This document shows positions 1 to 10,714 of a DNA stretch of 64,000 nt, piece after piece (the stretch's first letter is position 1; every line of letters begins with the position of its first letter). Below the pieces are notes generated by a model. That model did no database searches and had not been told where the DNA came from. It saw nothing but the letters and a program-made list of their open reading frames with translations. Origin of the DNA: an uncultured virus (IMG/VR IMGVR_UViG_3300029305_010146) (taxonomy: Duplodnaviria > Heunggongvirae > Uroviricota > Caudoviricetes). The translations under genes and the position numbers were made by a program. The DNA is taken from the IMG/VR virus record IMGVR_UViG_3300029305_010146; one strand, given 5' to 3'.

Positions 1-757
1 TCATACCTCTTTTAATGGTTTTTGGTAATACAATAGTACCATCGTGATGTCCGTCGTGACAAGTTTTGCAAAGTGTAACTAAATTATTTGGTGCATCGCC
101 ACCAGTTTTTCTGCTTTCAATATGATGTACTTCTAAAACTGGGTCTTTGCTTTTGCCTTTGCAACATTGGCATTTATGCCCATCACGAAATAATACATAT
201 TCCCTGACATTCCAATGGTCGAGCATTTCGCCCCACTGGTATTCAATTCCTTTAATGTCAGGATTCTTAATTTTCTGAATATCAAAAGATGCTATCTCCA
301 CAATAATTTTACTAATCGGTAAAATTTTATGTAGGCCAGAAATTACTTTTAAGTGAGTTTGGATTTTATTCTCAACGGATGGTGCTAACCATCCTTTGCT
401 TTTACTATGCACACGATTATTAAATCGTGGTGCTCTATATCTGGTTTTGCGTTTTCTTCTACTTGTGCGAAGTTCTCTTTTGGTAGAAAGTAATTCCACA
501 ATATCATTTCGTAGTTCAACTTCACCAGAATAAACTTCTTCACTTTCAGTAGAAGCAGATAATCCAATTACTTTGCTACCAGCATCTACCCCAAGTACGA
601 TATCTTGAGTATAGGATGTTGTATCATAAAGCAATTGAATAGTAAACGGACATCTTTTTACTACTTTCGCTTGATTGGAACGAAGTAGATGTTTTACTTT
701 ACCGTGCCTATTTGTAGGCATAAGCGGTTGCCCGTTATTGCTGATTACATATACCAA
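1..757 (-). CDS. iscB: IscB RNA-guided endonuclease (IS200/IS605 OMEGA), 3' part runs off window
   Basis: Manual translation from TTG at 757 after AGGAG: MVYVISNNGQPLMPT (PLMP), RuvC-I LGVDAGSK, Arg-rich helix RTSRRKRKTRYR, HNH region CQCC...HHIESRKTGGDAPNNLVTLCKTCH. Missing from the ORF track because it is open at the window edge. Confidence 0.92.
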   Translation of the reverse strand, partial: MVYVISNNGQPLMPTNRHGKVKHLLRSNQAKVVKRCPFTIQLLYDTTSYTQDIVLGVDAGSKVIGLSASTESEEVYSGEVELRNDIVELLSTKRELRTSRRKRKTRYRAPRFNNRVHSKSKGWLAPSVENKIQTHLKVISGLHKILPISKIIVEIASFDIQKIKNPDIKGIEYQWGEMLDHWNVREYVLFRDGHKCQCCKGKSKDPVLEVHHIESRKTGGDAPNNLVTLCKTCHDGHHDGTIVLPKTIKRGM

Positions 758-789
758 TATAGGCACTCCTTTCAATGTAATAAATACAT

Positions 790-1052
790 AATTCCGCATT
801 ACTACGGTTAGTTGACCATCGTCAATGTTATATACGGTTTGTTATTAGCAACACTGTGCCTACCCATCAGCACTGTTTAATCACTAACCGCAGAGTACGG
901 AACTTGGTCAAACATCCCGTAGTGCCTATATATTCGTATATAACGTAGTCTCTAAATAAATAGAGACAGAGACTATTCAACAAGGGATTATAGATAACTA
1001 CAATCCCCCACTTTAAATTTTAGTTACAAAATTAAGTGGTGGGTTGTTGAAT
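790..1052 (-). ncRNA. omega-RNA (HEARO-like) scaffold of the IscB element
   Basis: Minus strand starts TTCAACAACCCACCACTTAA...TTTAAAGTGGGGGATTG...AATCCCTTGTTGAATAG...GACTACGTT...CTCTGCGG...TTAAACAG...AACATTGACGATG directly upstream of iscB; boundaries approximate. Confidence 0.75.
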
Positions 1053-1276
1053 TTCTACTTTTATCTGAATATTAATAAAACCATTTTTGTCAACCAAAAC
1101 TTCCTTATCATTAACAAATATACTTGTTTTATTGCTTATATTTTTCCTCCTTTTCAGCATAGTGTTCTTACCTACTTATTATAACATATTTTTTTCAAAA
1201 AGTCAACTTTTGTAACAAAAAATAGGTTGACAAATGCAAAAGTTTATGATATGATGGCAACATAGGAGGCGATTAC

Positions 1277-2332
1277 ATGTCAAAAATTACAAACATTATA
1301 ATTATTATGCTTTTGTGTATTGTTTTTGTCTTTGGTCTACTTTCTAATGTAAATATTACAATTAATAATACACAAATTCCGCCAAATTCACAAATTGATA
1401 CATTTGCTCAATCTCAACCACAAACTTCTGTGAGTGTTGGCGAAAGTTATTCGGAAACCACAGGTGCGGATTTTGAGTCTCACACATCTTCCGAAGGAGT
1501 TTCTGTTGGAATCTCAACCATTGTTAGTGGCACGAATAGCATAACTAGTAACAGCATTACAGAGTCTTACTCAAGTGGAGTTTTGGAAAACAAATATCCA
1601 GAAATGGATATTACGAAGTGGTATAAAACTGGTGAAAAAATCAATCCCAAAAACAAAAATTCAATTGAATTCAATTTTAACGGTTTCAATAATAAAATAG
1701 AGAAAATTATCTTAAATATTTTTAAGGATATATCTGTTGCGGATGCAAATGGACAGCGAAAATACGAAGTTTCAGTACCGAAATTGGACAAAGAAGAAGT
1801 TAGGGAAATCAAATCTTTTTTCAAACTTTATTTTGGTACAATAGACAACCTTGACGACCTAATGACTATCGTTAATGATGACAAAAACTCTAAAATCGCA
1901 ATCAGCATCGATGTTTTTAACCTAATGTTAAAACAAAGAGACAAAATTTATAAAGAAATCGATACTGCACTTTCTCAAATGGAAGATGGCGAAGAAGAAT
2001 ATATTCTTTACCAAATTTCTATGTACATTAAAGATAAAATTAAATATACAGAAAACCATTACAATGTCAACGAAGCATTAGAGGATGGTGAAGGTGTATG
2101 CAATTCTTATGCATTATTGTTCAAAATGATGGCAGAAAGAGCAGGCATCATTACAGATGTTTGTCTTGGTTATGTTGAAGAAGGTTATCATGCTTGGAAT
2201 AGAGTACAACTTAAAAATGGTGTTTACAAATATTATGATGTAACTTTTTACGATGGCGGAAAAGATTTGTTATATATCGGTAATGCCGAAGGTCTGCATG
2301 ACTTAAAAGCAATCAATGTTTATTTATATTAA
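1277..2332 (+). CDS. Membrane-anchored transglutaminase-like domain protein
   Basis: N-terminal hydrophobic helix; Cys-His-Asp triad GVCNSYA...HAWN...YYDVT. Confidence 0.8.
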   Translation: MSKITNIIIIMLLCIVFVFGLLSNVNITINNTQIPPNSQIDTFAQSQPQTSVSVGESYSETTGADFESHTSSEGVSVGISTIVSGTNSITSNSITESYSSGVLENKYPEMDITKWYKTGEKINPKNKNSIEFNFNGFNNKIEKIILNIFKDISVADANGQRKYEVSVPKLDKEEVREIKSFFKLYFGTIDNLDDLMTIVNDDKNSKIAISIDVFNLMLKQRDKIYKEIDTALSQMEDGEEEYILYQISMYIKDKIKYTENHYNVNEALEDGEGVCNSYALLFKMMAERAGIITDVCLGYVEEGYHAWNRVQLKNGVYKYYDVTFYDGGKDLLYIGNAEGLHDLKAINVYLY

Positions 2333-2444
2333 TTTCACAAATAGGAAGTCTTTCGAGATTTCCTATTTTTTCATATAGAATATTGACAATGAATTTCTTT
2401 TGTGCTATAATAAAGAAAATATATTTTTGAAAGGAAAATGCAAC

Positions 2445-2570
2445 ATGTTTAAGGGAATTAGAGAAAAACTTAATAAAAAGGGTTCAGTCCCAGTTATTAT
2501 GCCAATGGTTTTCGGTATTATCTTTTTGGTAATTGGCATCGTATATGGTTTAATTGAACTTTTTGCATAA
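2445..2570 (+). CDS. 41-aa small membrane protein with prepilin-like N-terminus
   Basis: Promoter and AAGGA RBS; MFKGIREKLNKKG|SVPVIMPMVFGIIFLVIGIVYGLIELFA; below ORF-track cutoff. Confidence 0.55.
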   Translation: MFKGIREKLNKKGSVPVIMPMVFGIIFLVIGIVYGLIELFA

Positions 2571-2589
2571 TAGAAAGGGGTACAGAATA

Positions 2590-5220
2590 TTGTCTAATTA
2601 TAACGGTCTCACTTCTCGTGAAGCAGAAGAAAAGCTTATACAAAACGGTAAAAACTGTTTGAGAGAAGAAAAACCAAAATCCATTTTTAGAATGTTTTGT
2701 GAACAAATTTTTAATTTTACAAACTTCATTCTCGCCGCCGCTATTATAATTTCAATTGTTTTGGGCGACTACGGCGAAGCAGGAATTATTGGTTTTATTA
2801 TTTTACTCAATGCTATAATCGGTGTTGTACAAGAAGGCAGAGCACAGAAAGCATTGGAAGCATTAAAGAAGATGTCCATCGTAAAAGCAACCGTAATCAG
2901 GGATGGAGAAAAGAAGGAAATTTCTTCAGAAGATTTGGTTGTTGGCGACATTGTTCTTTTAGAAGCGGGTCAGCAAGTACCCGCCGACTTAAAACTTTTA
3001 GAAACATTCAACCTCAAAGTTGATGAAAAGGCACTTACTGGCGAATCTATCCCAATCGAAAAAGATGAAAACTTTATCCCAGCAGATGAAACTGTTGGTA
3101 TTAGTGACAGACTCGACCTTGCTTATATGAGCACCATTGTAACCTATGGTCGTGGTATCGGCGAAGTTCGTGCAACTGGAATGAGTACCGAAATCGGCAA
3201 AATTGCCGATATGGTAGGCAAAGAAAAGGATGAACCATCTCCTCTTCAAAAAGGTATGGCAGAGTTGAGCAAAACACTCGGAATTGTGGCAGTAGTTATT
3301 TGTGCCATTATGTTTGTTGTTGGTTTGCTTCAAGGACGAGATATACTCGACCTTTTGATGACTGCCGTCTCTCTTGCTGTTGCTGCTATTCCAGAGGGCA
3401 TTCCTACGATTGTCACAATTGTTATGGCACTTGGTATGCAAAGAATGGCAAAAGTTAATGCAATTGTTAAGACATTACCTGCCGTTGAAACACTTGGTGC
3501 TGTCGGAATTGTTTGCTCCGATAAAACTGGTACTCTCACTCAAAATAAAATGACTGTCGTACAAACTTATTGCGACGGAAAGTTCACAGACTTAACGGAT
3601 GTCCATCCAGAAGTAAAAGAACATTTTCTTAACGGTTTCGTTCTATGTAATGATGCATCTATTTCTTCCGACGGCAAAGAAATCGGTGACCCCACAGAAA
3701 CCGCACTCGTTGCCTTCGGTCTCAAACATAACATTATCAAGAGCGAACTGGAAAAAGAAATTCCTCGTTTTAATGAGAAAAGTTTCGATTCTGATAGAAA
3801 GTTGATGACCACCGTACATCGTACACACAATGATAATTGCATTTCTTACACGAAGGGTTCCACTGACGAACTTCTCAAAAGATGCGAATATATTTTAGAT
3901 AATAACAAAATTCGAGACATTCGTGATGCAGATATTCAGAATATTGAAAATGCAATGAAACAAATGTCTGACGAAGCACTTCGTGTTCTTTCTCTTGCAA
4001 TTCGCTTCGACAACGAAAATGCAGAAGAAGATGCCCTCATTTATGTTGGTATGCTTGGTATGATTGACCCAGAAAGACAGGAAGTAGTAGAATCCGTAAA
4101 GATATTCAAGCGTGCTGGTGTTAAAACCGTAATGATTACTGGTGACCACAAAGATACTGCTTTTGCTATTGCAAAAAGACTTGGTATCGCTGAAGATAAA
4201 TCCGAGTGCATTATGGGCCACGAAATTGATGAAATGACAGACGACGAACTTCGTGAAAGAGCAAAAACCTTGTCTATTTTTGCTCGTGTTTCACCAGAGC
4301 ATAAGGTTCGTATCGTAAAGGCATATAAAGACAACGGCAATGTTGTTTCTATGACAGGCGATGGTGTAAACGATGCACCTTCTTTAAAAGCGGCAGATGT
4401 AGGTGTTGCAATGGGCATCACTGGAACGGATGTTGCGAAAGGTGCCGCTGACATCATTCTGCAAGACGATTCGTTTACGACTATCGAGAAAGCGATTCGT
4501 GAAGGTAGAAACATTTATGAAAACATTAAAAAATCCATCGTTTTCTCGCTTTCCTCCAACATTGGCGAAATCTTGACAATGTTCACCGCAATTGCAGTTG
4601 GACTTGCCGCACCTTTAAAGGCAGTTCATATCTTGTGGATTAACCTTATTACAGACTCTTTGCCTTGTATTGCACTTGGTGTTGACCCCAACTCTTCTTC
4701 TGATGTAATGAACAAGAGACCAAGGAAAGAAGACGAAAGCATTTTTGCTGGTGGTGCTGTAAGACATATTGCTATCAATGCCGTTCTTATCGCACTCATT
4801 ACACTCAGTGGTTTTTTATTTCCTGCTTTCCAATATCTGTTAAGCAACAATATTCCATTATCATTAAGTGCCATTATTGATGCTTACAAAAATGCTAACA
4901 TTTTAGCATGTGGTCAAACCTATGCATTCTCTATCCTCGCAATTTCAGAACTTTTCCATGCAATTGGAGCAAGAGACGAATACAACACTATCTTTAAATT
5001 TAAGTGGTTTGATAACAAGATGATGATTATTGCTTGTGTTGTTGGCGTTTTAGGTCAAATAGCAGTTACAGAAATTCCATTCCTCACTCAAATTTTTGGA
5101 ACTGTTAGTTTAAGTTTTGTAGAGTGGCTCGCTATTTTTGGTGTTGCTTCTCTCTCACTCGTAATGCACGAGATTATGTATCTCGCACACAAAATCAAAC
5201 ATCGTAAAGGAGATAAATAA
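2590..5220 (+). CDS. Cation-transporting P-type ATPase (Ca2+-type, P2A-like)
   Basis: TGES, IPEG, DKTGTLT, TGD, GDGVND, WINL motifs; probable TTG start at 2590 after AAGGGG. Confidence 0.92.
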   Translation: MSNYNGLTSREAEEKLIQNGKNCLREEKPKSIFRMFCEQIFNFTNFILAAAIIISIVLGDYGEAGIIGFIILLNAIIGVVQEGRAQKALEALKKMSIVKATVIRDGEKKEISSEDLVVGDIVLLEAGQQVPADLKLLETFNLKVDEKALTGESIPIEKDENFIPADETVGISDRLDLAYMSTIVTYGRGIGEVRATGMSTEIGKIADMVGKEKDEPSPLQKGMAELSKTLGIVAVVICAIMFVVGLLQGRDILDLLMTAVSLAVAAIPEGIPTIVTIVMALGMQRMAKVNAIVKTLPAVETLGAVGIVCSDKTGTLTQNKMTVVQTYCDGKFTDLTDVHPEVKEHFLNGFVLCNDASISSDGKEIGDPTETALVAFGLKHNIIKSELEKEIPRFNEKSFDSDRKLMTTVHRTHNDNCISYTKGSTDELLKRCEYILDNNKIRDIRDADIQNIENAMKQMSDEALRVLSLAIRFDNENAEEDALIYVGMLGMIDPERQEVVESVKIFKRAGVKTVMITGDHKDTAFAIAKRLGIAEDKSECIMGHEIDEMTDDELRERAKTLSIFARVSPEHKVRIVKAYKDNGNVVSMTGDGVNDAPSLKAADVGVAMGITGTDVAKGAADIILQDDSFTTIEKAIREGRNIYENIKKSIVFSLSSNIGEILTMFTAIAVGLAAPLKAVHILWINLITDSLPCIALGVDPNSSSDVMNKRPRKEDESIFAGGAVRHIAINAVLIALITLSGFLFPAFQYLLSNNIPLSLSAIIDAYKNANILACGQTYAFSILAISELFHAIGARDEYNTIFKFKWFDNKMMIIACVVGVLGQIAVTEIPFLTQIFGTVSLSFVEWLAIFGVASLSLVMHEIMYLAHKIKHRKGDK

Positions 5221-5221
5221 T

Positions 5222-6127
5222 ATGTCAGTAAAACTTTTAGCACACACAAATGAACCCGAAAAATTGGTAGCATCTGCTGCTAAACTTTGCTATAGTGCTT
5301 CCGATATTGAAACACTTATGGATAATCTTACTGAAGAAAACGTAAATGCTTTCATTGAAAAACTCGCCTCTATGGGTCACGAAAGTCCTTTCGAGCATAT
5401 TACATTTACTTTTGGTATCGAAGGTGTTTCTCGTGCACTTTTGGCGCAAATCACAAGACACCGCATTGCTTCTTATTCTGTTCAAAGTCAACGCTATGTT
5501 GATATGACAGACTTTGAGTATGTCATCCCCCCTGTTATTGCAGAAGATTATCATCTTCTCAAAGAGTATGAGGAGATTATGGACAATCTTGCAGACAGTT
5601 ATGAGAAATTTAAGAATGACATTATCGCAAAGATTATTTTTGTTAAGCACAGAAAAGAAATGGAAGAAATTATCTATGATGTTGCTCACGATATTGAAGA
5701 TGATGAAAATATCGCAAGAGCAACAGCAAAAGAAGTTCTCGACTATTGGAACGATGTAGATAATGCTCCCCAAAATTATGCTGAAAAATTTGATTTTTGG
5801 CGCACACTTTTCCTCGAAAAGTTTGCTGAAAAGCACAAGAAGTTGTACAACCAGATTTCCAAAGATGCACAGGAAGACGCACGCTTTGTTCTTCCCAATG
5901 CTTGTACCACAAAAATGATGGTAACTATGAATGCAAGAAGTTTGTTCAACTTTTTCAAACTCCGTTGTTGCACAAGAGCACAGTGGGAAATTCGTTTCCT
6001 CGCAATCGAAATGCTTGCACTTGTTAAAGAGGTCGCTCCTCAAATTTTCAAGTATGCAGGACCTGGTTGTGTTCGTGGAAGATGTCCAGAAGGTGCTATG
6101 AGTTGTGGTATTCCTTTTAAGGCATAA
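5222..6127 (+). CDS. thyX: FAD-dependent thymidylate synthase
   Basis: GHESPFEH, RHRIASYSVQSQRY, ARFVLPNA, AQWEIR motifs. Confidence 0.95.
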   Translation: MSVKLLAHTNEPEKLVASAAKLCYSASDIETLMDNLTEENVNAFIEKLASMGHESPFEHITFTFGIEGVSRALLAQITRHRIASYSVQSQRYVDMTDFEYVIPPVIAEDYHLLKEYEEIMDNLADSYEKFKNDIIAKIIFVKHRKEMEEIIYDVAHDIEDDENIARATAKEVLDYWNDVDNAPQNYAEKFDFWRTLFLEKFAEKHKKLYNQISKDAQEDARFVLPNACTTKMMVTMNARSLFNFFKLRCCTRAQWEIRFLAIEMLALVKEVAPQIFKYAGPGCVRGRCPEGAMSCGIPFKA

Positions 6128-6387
6128 GTAGAAATTACACAACGAAGTATAATAACTTTTGTTTATATTGCATAAAAACAGGCGAATTTTCGCCTGTTTT
6201 TTGCTCGTAAAGTCATCGATTGTTACTATTTTGTAATTTTTCTCTTGACTTTTAGAATACTTTGTGTTAAAATAAACTATGTGGTTTTTACCACGATGTG
6301 TTTTGTAATAGTCAAAATCCCTATGTAAAAAATATGACATCTTTATATAAAGTATGTCAAAAGATATACAAAAAGGAGCGCGACTGT

Positions 6388-7353
6388 ATGAAAGAAATTT
6401 TAACAAAAATTAAAAAAATCGTAACCAATATAAAAAATAAGACAATGCCAATTGCATCAAAAGTAGCAATCAAGATAAAGTATTTTGCTACCGTCGCATT
6501 TAGTGCAACGAAAAAGTTCGTTCAAAATATCCCAGTATCGGACATCATTGATTTTAGCTATTTTAACGAAAACAAAAAAATGATTGTCACAAGAATGATT
6601 GCAATTGTTTTATTTGGAGTTATGATTATCCCAATGGCATTTCTACAAACAAGAGATAGTGCAGCAGAAGATGAACTTAATCTCAATGCAACCTATACAG
6701 GTGCACACGGCTCTTCATATGTTGTAACACTTTTATCCGAAGTAGAAGATGAATCTATCATCTCTAACGAGGTATTCTCCCTTTCGCAAGAATATATTGA
6801 CGGCAAAGCGGAGAAAGAACGATTAGCCAAAGAGGCAGAAGAAAAGCGTCTTGAGGAAGAAAGAAAAAAGAAGGAAGCAGAAGCCAAGAAGAATGGCACA
6901 TATACTGCTCCTCCTGCAACTCCCGCAAGCGGTTTTGTTCAATACGATGTTCCATTAAGTTACGAATGGCAAGTCTATACATATAACCTATGCAAAGAAT
7001 ACGGAGTTAGTTACGAAGTAATGCTTGGTCTTATGTATGCCGAAAGTACTTTCAGATTTAACGCATCTTCTGGTGTTGCTCACGGAATTTGTCAAATTCA
7101 CCAATGTCACGAATCTTATGCAAAAAGCATTGGTATCAGCAACTATAAAGAACCAGAAGGTAATATCAAACTTGGCGTTATGTTTATGAGTGGAAATCTA
7201 AAAGCACAAAATGGGGATTATCACAAAGCACTTATTTGTTACAACTATGGTTCTGGCGGTGCTCAAAAGCATTGTTTTAGTAAGGGCATCTATCAAACTG
7301 CATATTCGAGAAAAGTTATGGCATATGCTCATAACCTCAAACCAGTGTCTTAA
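6388..7353 (+). CDS. Membrane-anchored lytic transglycosylase (SLT-like)
   Basis: TM helix, charged linker, AESTF...GICQI...YNYG motifs; ATG 6388 follows AGGAG. Confidence 0.78.
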   Translation: MKEILTKIKKIVTNIKNKTMPIASKVAIKIKYFATVAFSATKKFVQNIPVSDIIDFSYFNENKKMIVTRMIAIVLFGVMIIPMAFLQTRDSAAEDELNLNATYTGAHGSSYVVTLLSEVEDESIISNEVFSLSQEYIDGKAEKERLAKEAEEKRLEEERKKKEAEAKKNGTYTAPPATPASGFVQYDVPLSYEWQVYTYNLCKEYGVSYEVMLGLMYAESTFRFNASSGVAHGICQIHQCHESYAKSIGISNYKEPEGNIKLGVMFMSGNLKAQNGDYHKALICYNYGSGGAQKHCFSKGIYQTAYSRKVMAYAHNLKPVS

Positions 7354-7483
7354 TTTTGTGGTTTGAATATCGATAACAAAAACACCTTTTATTCGAAAGG
7401 TGTTTTTATTTTTGATTTTTTGGTTGACTTTGTCGCTATTTTGTGATATAATAAATATACAAAAAAGAAAAGGAGATAATAAT

Positions 7484-8020
7484 ATGGGAACTAGACATTT
7501 AATCGGAGTTATTACAGGTGGAAGATACAAAGTAGCACAATATGGTCAATGGGATGGTTATATTAAAGGCGGACAAGGAGAAGCAGTTTTAGAATTTTTA
7601 AAAACTGTTGATTTAGATATTTTTAAGGAAAAAATCAAGAACTGTTATTTCGTTTTAGATAGTGAAATCAGGGAAATGTATGTTAGTGTTGGTGATTCCC
7701 CAGATAACCATTCTGGATTTGTTTCTCACGAAATTGCGGAAGCACTTAAACAAAAATATCCCAGTATGAGCAGAGATACTGGTGCAAAAATTCTAAATAT
7801 TATTTACGAAAGCAATGACAAAGTTCCACTACACAACAATAAATCTTTTTTGAGCGATTCGACATTCTGTGAATTTGCTTATGTTATTGATTTAGATAAG
7901 AATATTCTCATTTGCTATGCAAGCGGTAAAAAAGAATATGCAAAATATAATCTTGACAATTTGCCAAGTGTCGATGAGTTGGAAAATGCATATAATAAAT
8001 TTTTCGGTTATGACGAGTAA
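7484..8020 (+). CDS. Hypothetical protein (MGTR...QWDGY type)
   Basis: AGGAG RBS before ATG 7484, own promoter. Confidence 0.6.
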   Translation: MGTRHLIGVITGGRYKVAQYGQWDGYIKGGQGEAVLEFLKTVDLDIFKEKIKNCYFVLDSEIREMYVSVGDSPDNHSGFVSHEIAEALKQKYPSMSRDTGAKILNIIYESNDKVPLHNNKSFLSDSTFCEFAYVIDLDKNILICYASGKKEYAKYNLDNLPSVDELENAYNKFFGYDE

Positions 8021-8032
8021 GCAGGTGATATT

Positions 8033-8599
8033 ATGACAGATGTTGAATTGGGAAAGTTTATTTCCTATATTTTAAGACACCATCCAGAAGATGTTGGAAT
8101 TAAATTGGATAAGAATGGATATGCCAATGTTTCTGATTTAATCACTAATATTAATGCAACAAAAAAATATCATAACGAACTATCTGAAGAACGATTGCAA
8201 CGAATAGTAGATACGAATGATAAAAAACGCTATTCTTACGATGAAACAGGAACAAAAATTCGTGCCGTTCAAGGTCATAGCTTTCATGTTGATGTCGCAA
8301 AAAAATCAATTCCTCCAATCACCTTATATCATGGAACTTCAAAAAGTGCTTATGATATTATTAGGAAAAAGGGTATCAACAAAATGAATAGAGATTTCGT
8401 ACATCTCTCTTCTAATAAAGATACGGCAATTGCTGTTGGAATGCGACATGCAAAGAGAAAAGAAAACCTCGTTATTTTAGAAATTGATGTAAAGAAAATG
8501 TTTTCAGACGGATACGATTTTTATGTCGCAGAAAACGGCGTATGGTTGACCGACTTTGTTCCAGCAAAATACATTGACACAATCCACACTATTCGCTAA
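8033..8599 (+). CDS. kptA: RNA 2'-phosphotransferase Tpt1/KptA
   Basis: SYILRHHP, DKKRY, IRAVQGHS, LYHGT, VHLS, NGVWLT motifs. Confidence 0.93.
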   Translation: MTDVELGKFISYILRHHPEDVGIKLDKNGYANVSDLITNINATKKYHNELSEERLQRIVDTNDKKRYSYDETGTKIRAVQGHSFHVDVAKKSIPPITLYHGTSKSAYDIIRKKGINKMNRDFVHLSSNKDTAIAVGMRHAKRKENLVILEIDVKKMFSDGYDFYVAENGVWLTDFVPAKYIDTIHTIR

Positions 8600-8705
8600 A
8601 ATAGTATTTTTTACCCGCTATTCCATTTGAATAGCGGGTTTTCTTGATATATTTTAATACTTTTTTTATTATTTTGTTATATTTTTATTTTAAGGAGATG
8701 ACAGT

Positions 8706-10361
8706 ATGACAGACATTGAAATTGCTCAAAAAGCAAAACTGTTACACATTAACGAAATTATTAAGAAAGTAAATATCCCAGACGATTATGTTGAACATTA
8801 TGGAAAATATAAAGCAAAAATTGACTATGCTTATATGAATCAACTTACAGAAAAGGAAAACGGAGACCTCGTTTTGGTAACCGCCATCAATCCAACTCCT
8901 GCAGGAGAAGGAAAAACCACCACAACAATTGGTTTAGCAGATGCACTCAATCTTTTAGGCGAAGATGTTGTGATTGCCCTTCGTGAACCCTCATTGGGAC
9001 CAGTGTTCGGTGTAAAAGGCGGCGCTACTGGCGGAGGTTATGCACAAGTTGTACCAATGGAAGACATCAACCTTCACTTTACTGGTGACTTTCATGCAAT
9101 TGGCGCGGCAAATAATTTGCTTGCTGCAATGATTGATAATGCAATCTACCAAGGCAAGGACATTGCTACCGTAACTTGGCGTCGCGCTGTTGATATGAAC
9201 GATAGGCAATTACGAAATATTGTAAGTGGTCTTGGAAAGAAAACTGACGGAGTTACTAGACAAGATGGCTTTGATATTACAGTTGCTTCCGAAGTAATGG
9301 CAGCATTTTGTCTCGCATGCGATTTATTAGACCTAAAAAGAAGACTCGGCAACATTCTAATTGGTTATTCCAAAGATGGAAAACCAGTTTTCGCAAGAGA
9401 TATCAAAGCGGAAGGAGCAATGACTGCTCTTCTTAAAGATGCATTCAAACCGAATCTTGTTCAAACACTCGAAGGCACACCAACAATTATCCACGGAGGA
9501 CCATTTGCTAACATTGCTCACGGATGCAATAGTGTTATCGCAACTAAAATGGCACTCAAAATGGGAAAACTCGTTATAACAGAAGCAGGTTTCGGAGCAG
9601 ACCTTGGTGCCGAAAAATTCTTCGATATCAAATGCCGTGTTGCTGGATTCAAACCAAAGGCAGTTGTTTTAGTCGCCACAGTAAGAGCACTTAAATATAA
9701 TGGCGGAGTTCCTAAAAATGAACTCAATAAAGAAAATCTCGAAGCACTAGAAAGAGGATTGCCAAATCTTCTTAAACATATTGAAAATATCACGAATGTA
9801 TATAATATGCCTTGTGTTGTTGCTATAAATAAATTCCCCACCGACACCCAAAATGAGACAACTCTAATTTATAACAAGTGTAAAGAACTCGGAGTAAATG
9901 TTGTACTTTCCGAAGTTTGGGAAAAGGGCGGAAATGGTGGAATAGATTTAGCAAAAGAAGTTCTAAATTTAATTAAAGAAAATAGAGATTTACATTTTTC
10001 TTACGACATCAATGATACTATTGAGAATAAAATCATTGATATTGCACGAAATGTTTACGGTGCAGATGGTGTAGATTTTACACCAGAAGCAAAAAAACAA
10101 ATCAAAATTTTCACTGAAATGGGTTATGATAAAACACCAATCTGTATGGCAAAAACACAGTACTCTTTGAGCGATGACCCAACAAAATTAGGTCGTCCAA
10201 CAAACTTCAGAATTACTGTTCGTAACCTAACATTATCTGCTGGCGCAGAATTCATTGTAGCACTAACTGGCGAAATTCTTAAAATGCCAGGTTTACCAAA
10301 AGTCCCAGCAGCAGAAGGCATCGATGTTGATAAGAACGGTAAAATCACAGGATTGTTTTAG
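8706..10361 (+). CDS. fhs: Formate-tetrahydrofolate ligase
   Basis: [49 protein letters not shown]. Confidence 0.96.
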   Translation: MTDIEIAQKAKLLHINEIIKKVNIPDDYVEHYGKYKAKIDYAYMNQLTEKENGDLVLVTAINPTPAGEGKTTTTIGLADALNLLGEDVVIALREPSLGPVFGVKGGATGGGYAQVVPMEDINLHFTGDFHAIGAANNLLAAMIDNAIYQGKDIATVTWRRAVDMNDRQLRNIVSGLGKKTDGVTRQDGFDITVASEVMAAFCLACDLLDLKRRLGNILIGYSKDGKPVFARDIKAEGAMTALLKDAFKPNLVQTLEGTPTIIHGGPFANIAHGCNSVIATKMALKMGKLVITEAGFGADLGAEKFFDIKCRVAGFKPKAVVLVATVRALKYNGGVPKNELNKENLEALERGLPNLLKHIENITNVYNMPCVVAINKFPTDTQNETTLIYNKCKELGVNVVLSEVWEKGGNGGIDLAKEVLNLIKENRDLHFSYDINDTIENKIIDIARNVYGADGVDFTPEAKKQIKIFTEMGYDKTPICMAKTQYSLSDDPTKLGRPTNFRITVRNLTLSAGAEFIVALTGEILKMPGLPKVPAAEGIDVDKNGKITGLF

Positions 10362-10414
10362 CCAATAGGGACTCCATCAAGGAGTCCTTATTTTGTGTTT
10401 ATAAAAATGAATAG

Positions 10415-10430
10415 ATACTATATATTGTGT
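10415..10430 (+). promoter_or_regulatory. Putative NrdR box
   Basis: ATACTATATATTGTGT resembles the NrdR consensus and lies upstream of the nrdD promoter. Confidence 0.5.
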
Positions 10431-10714
10431 TTTATTTTATAAAATACACAATTTTACACTTTTTTATTCTTGACTTAAGACGAAAATTATGCTACAATAT
10501 AGATGTAGTAAACAAGGAAAACAACATTCACTTTGGAATGATTTTTTGTTTTTCTTGAAAAGATTTTACTATTATTTTATAATAAAAATATCTCACTTAA
10601 AAAATGAGAAACCGTAAAAAAGCGCATAAACTTTTGTACTTCCGATATTTCAATCGTTGCAAAAGCAGTAAATTTTTTACATCAAATTTATTCTATTAAA
10701 GGAGTTGAACGTAT

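Noticed and set aside
385..567. 60-aa minus-strand ORF
   Set aside because: Out-of-frame overlap within iscB.
5237..6406. 389-aa minus-strand ORF
   Set aside because: Antisense shadow of thyX with no motifs.
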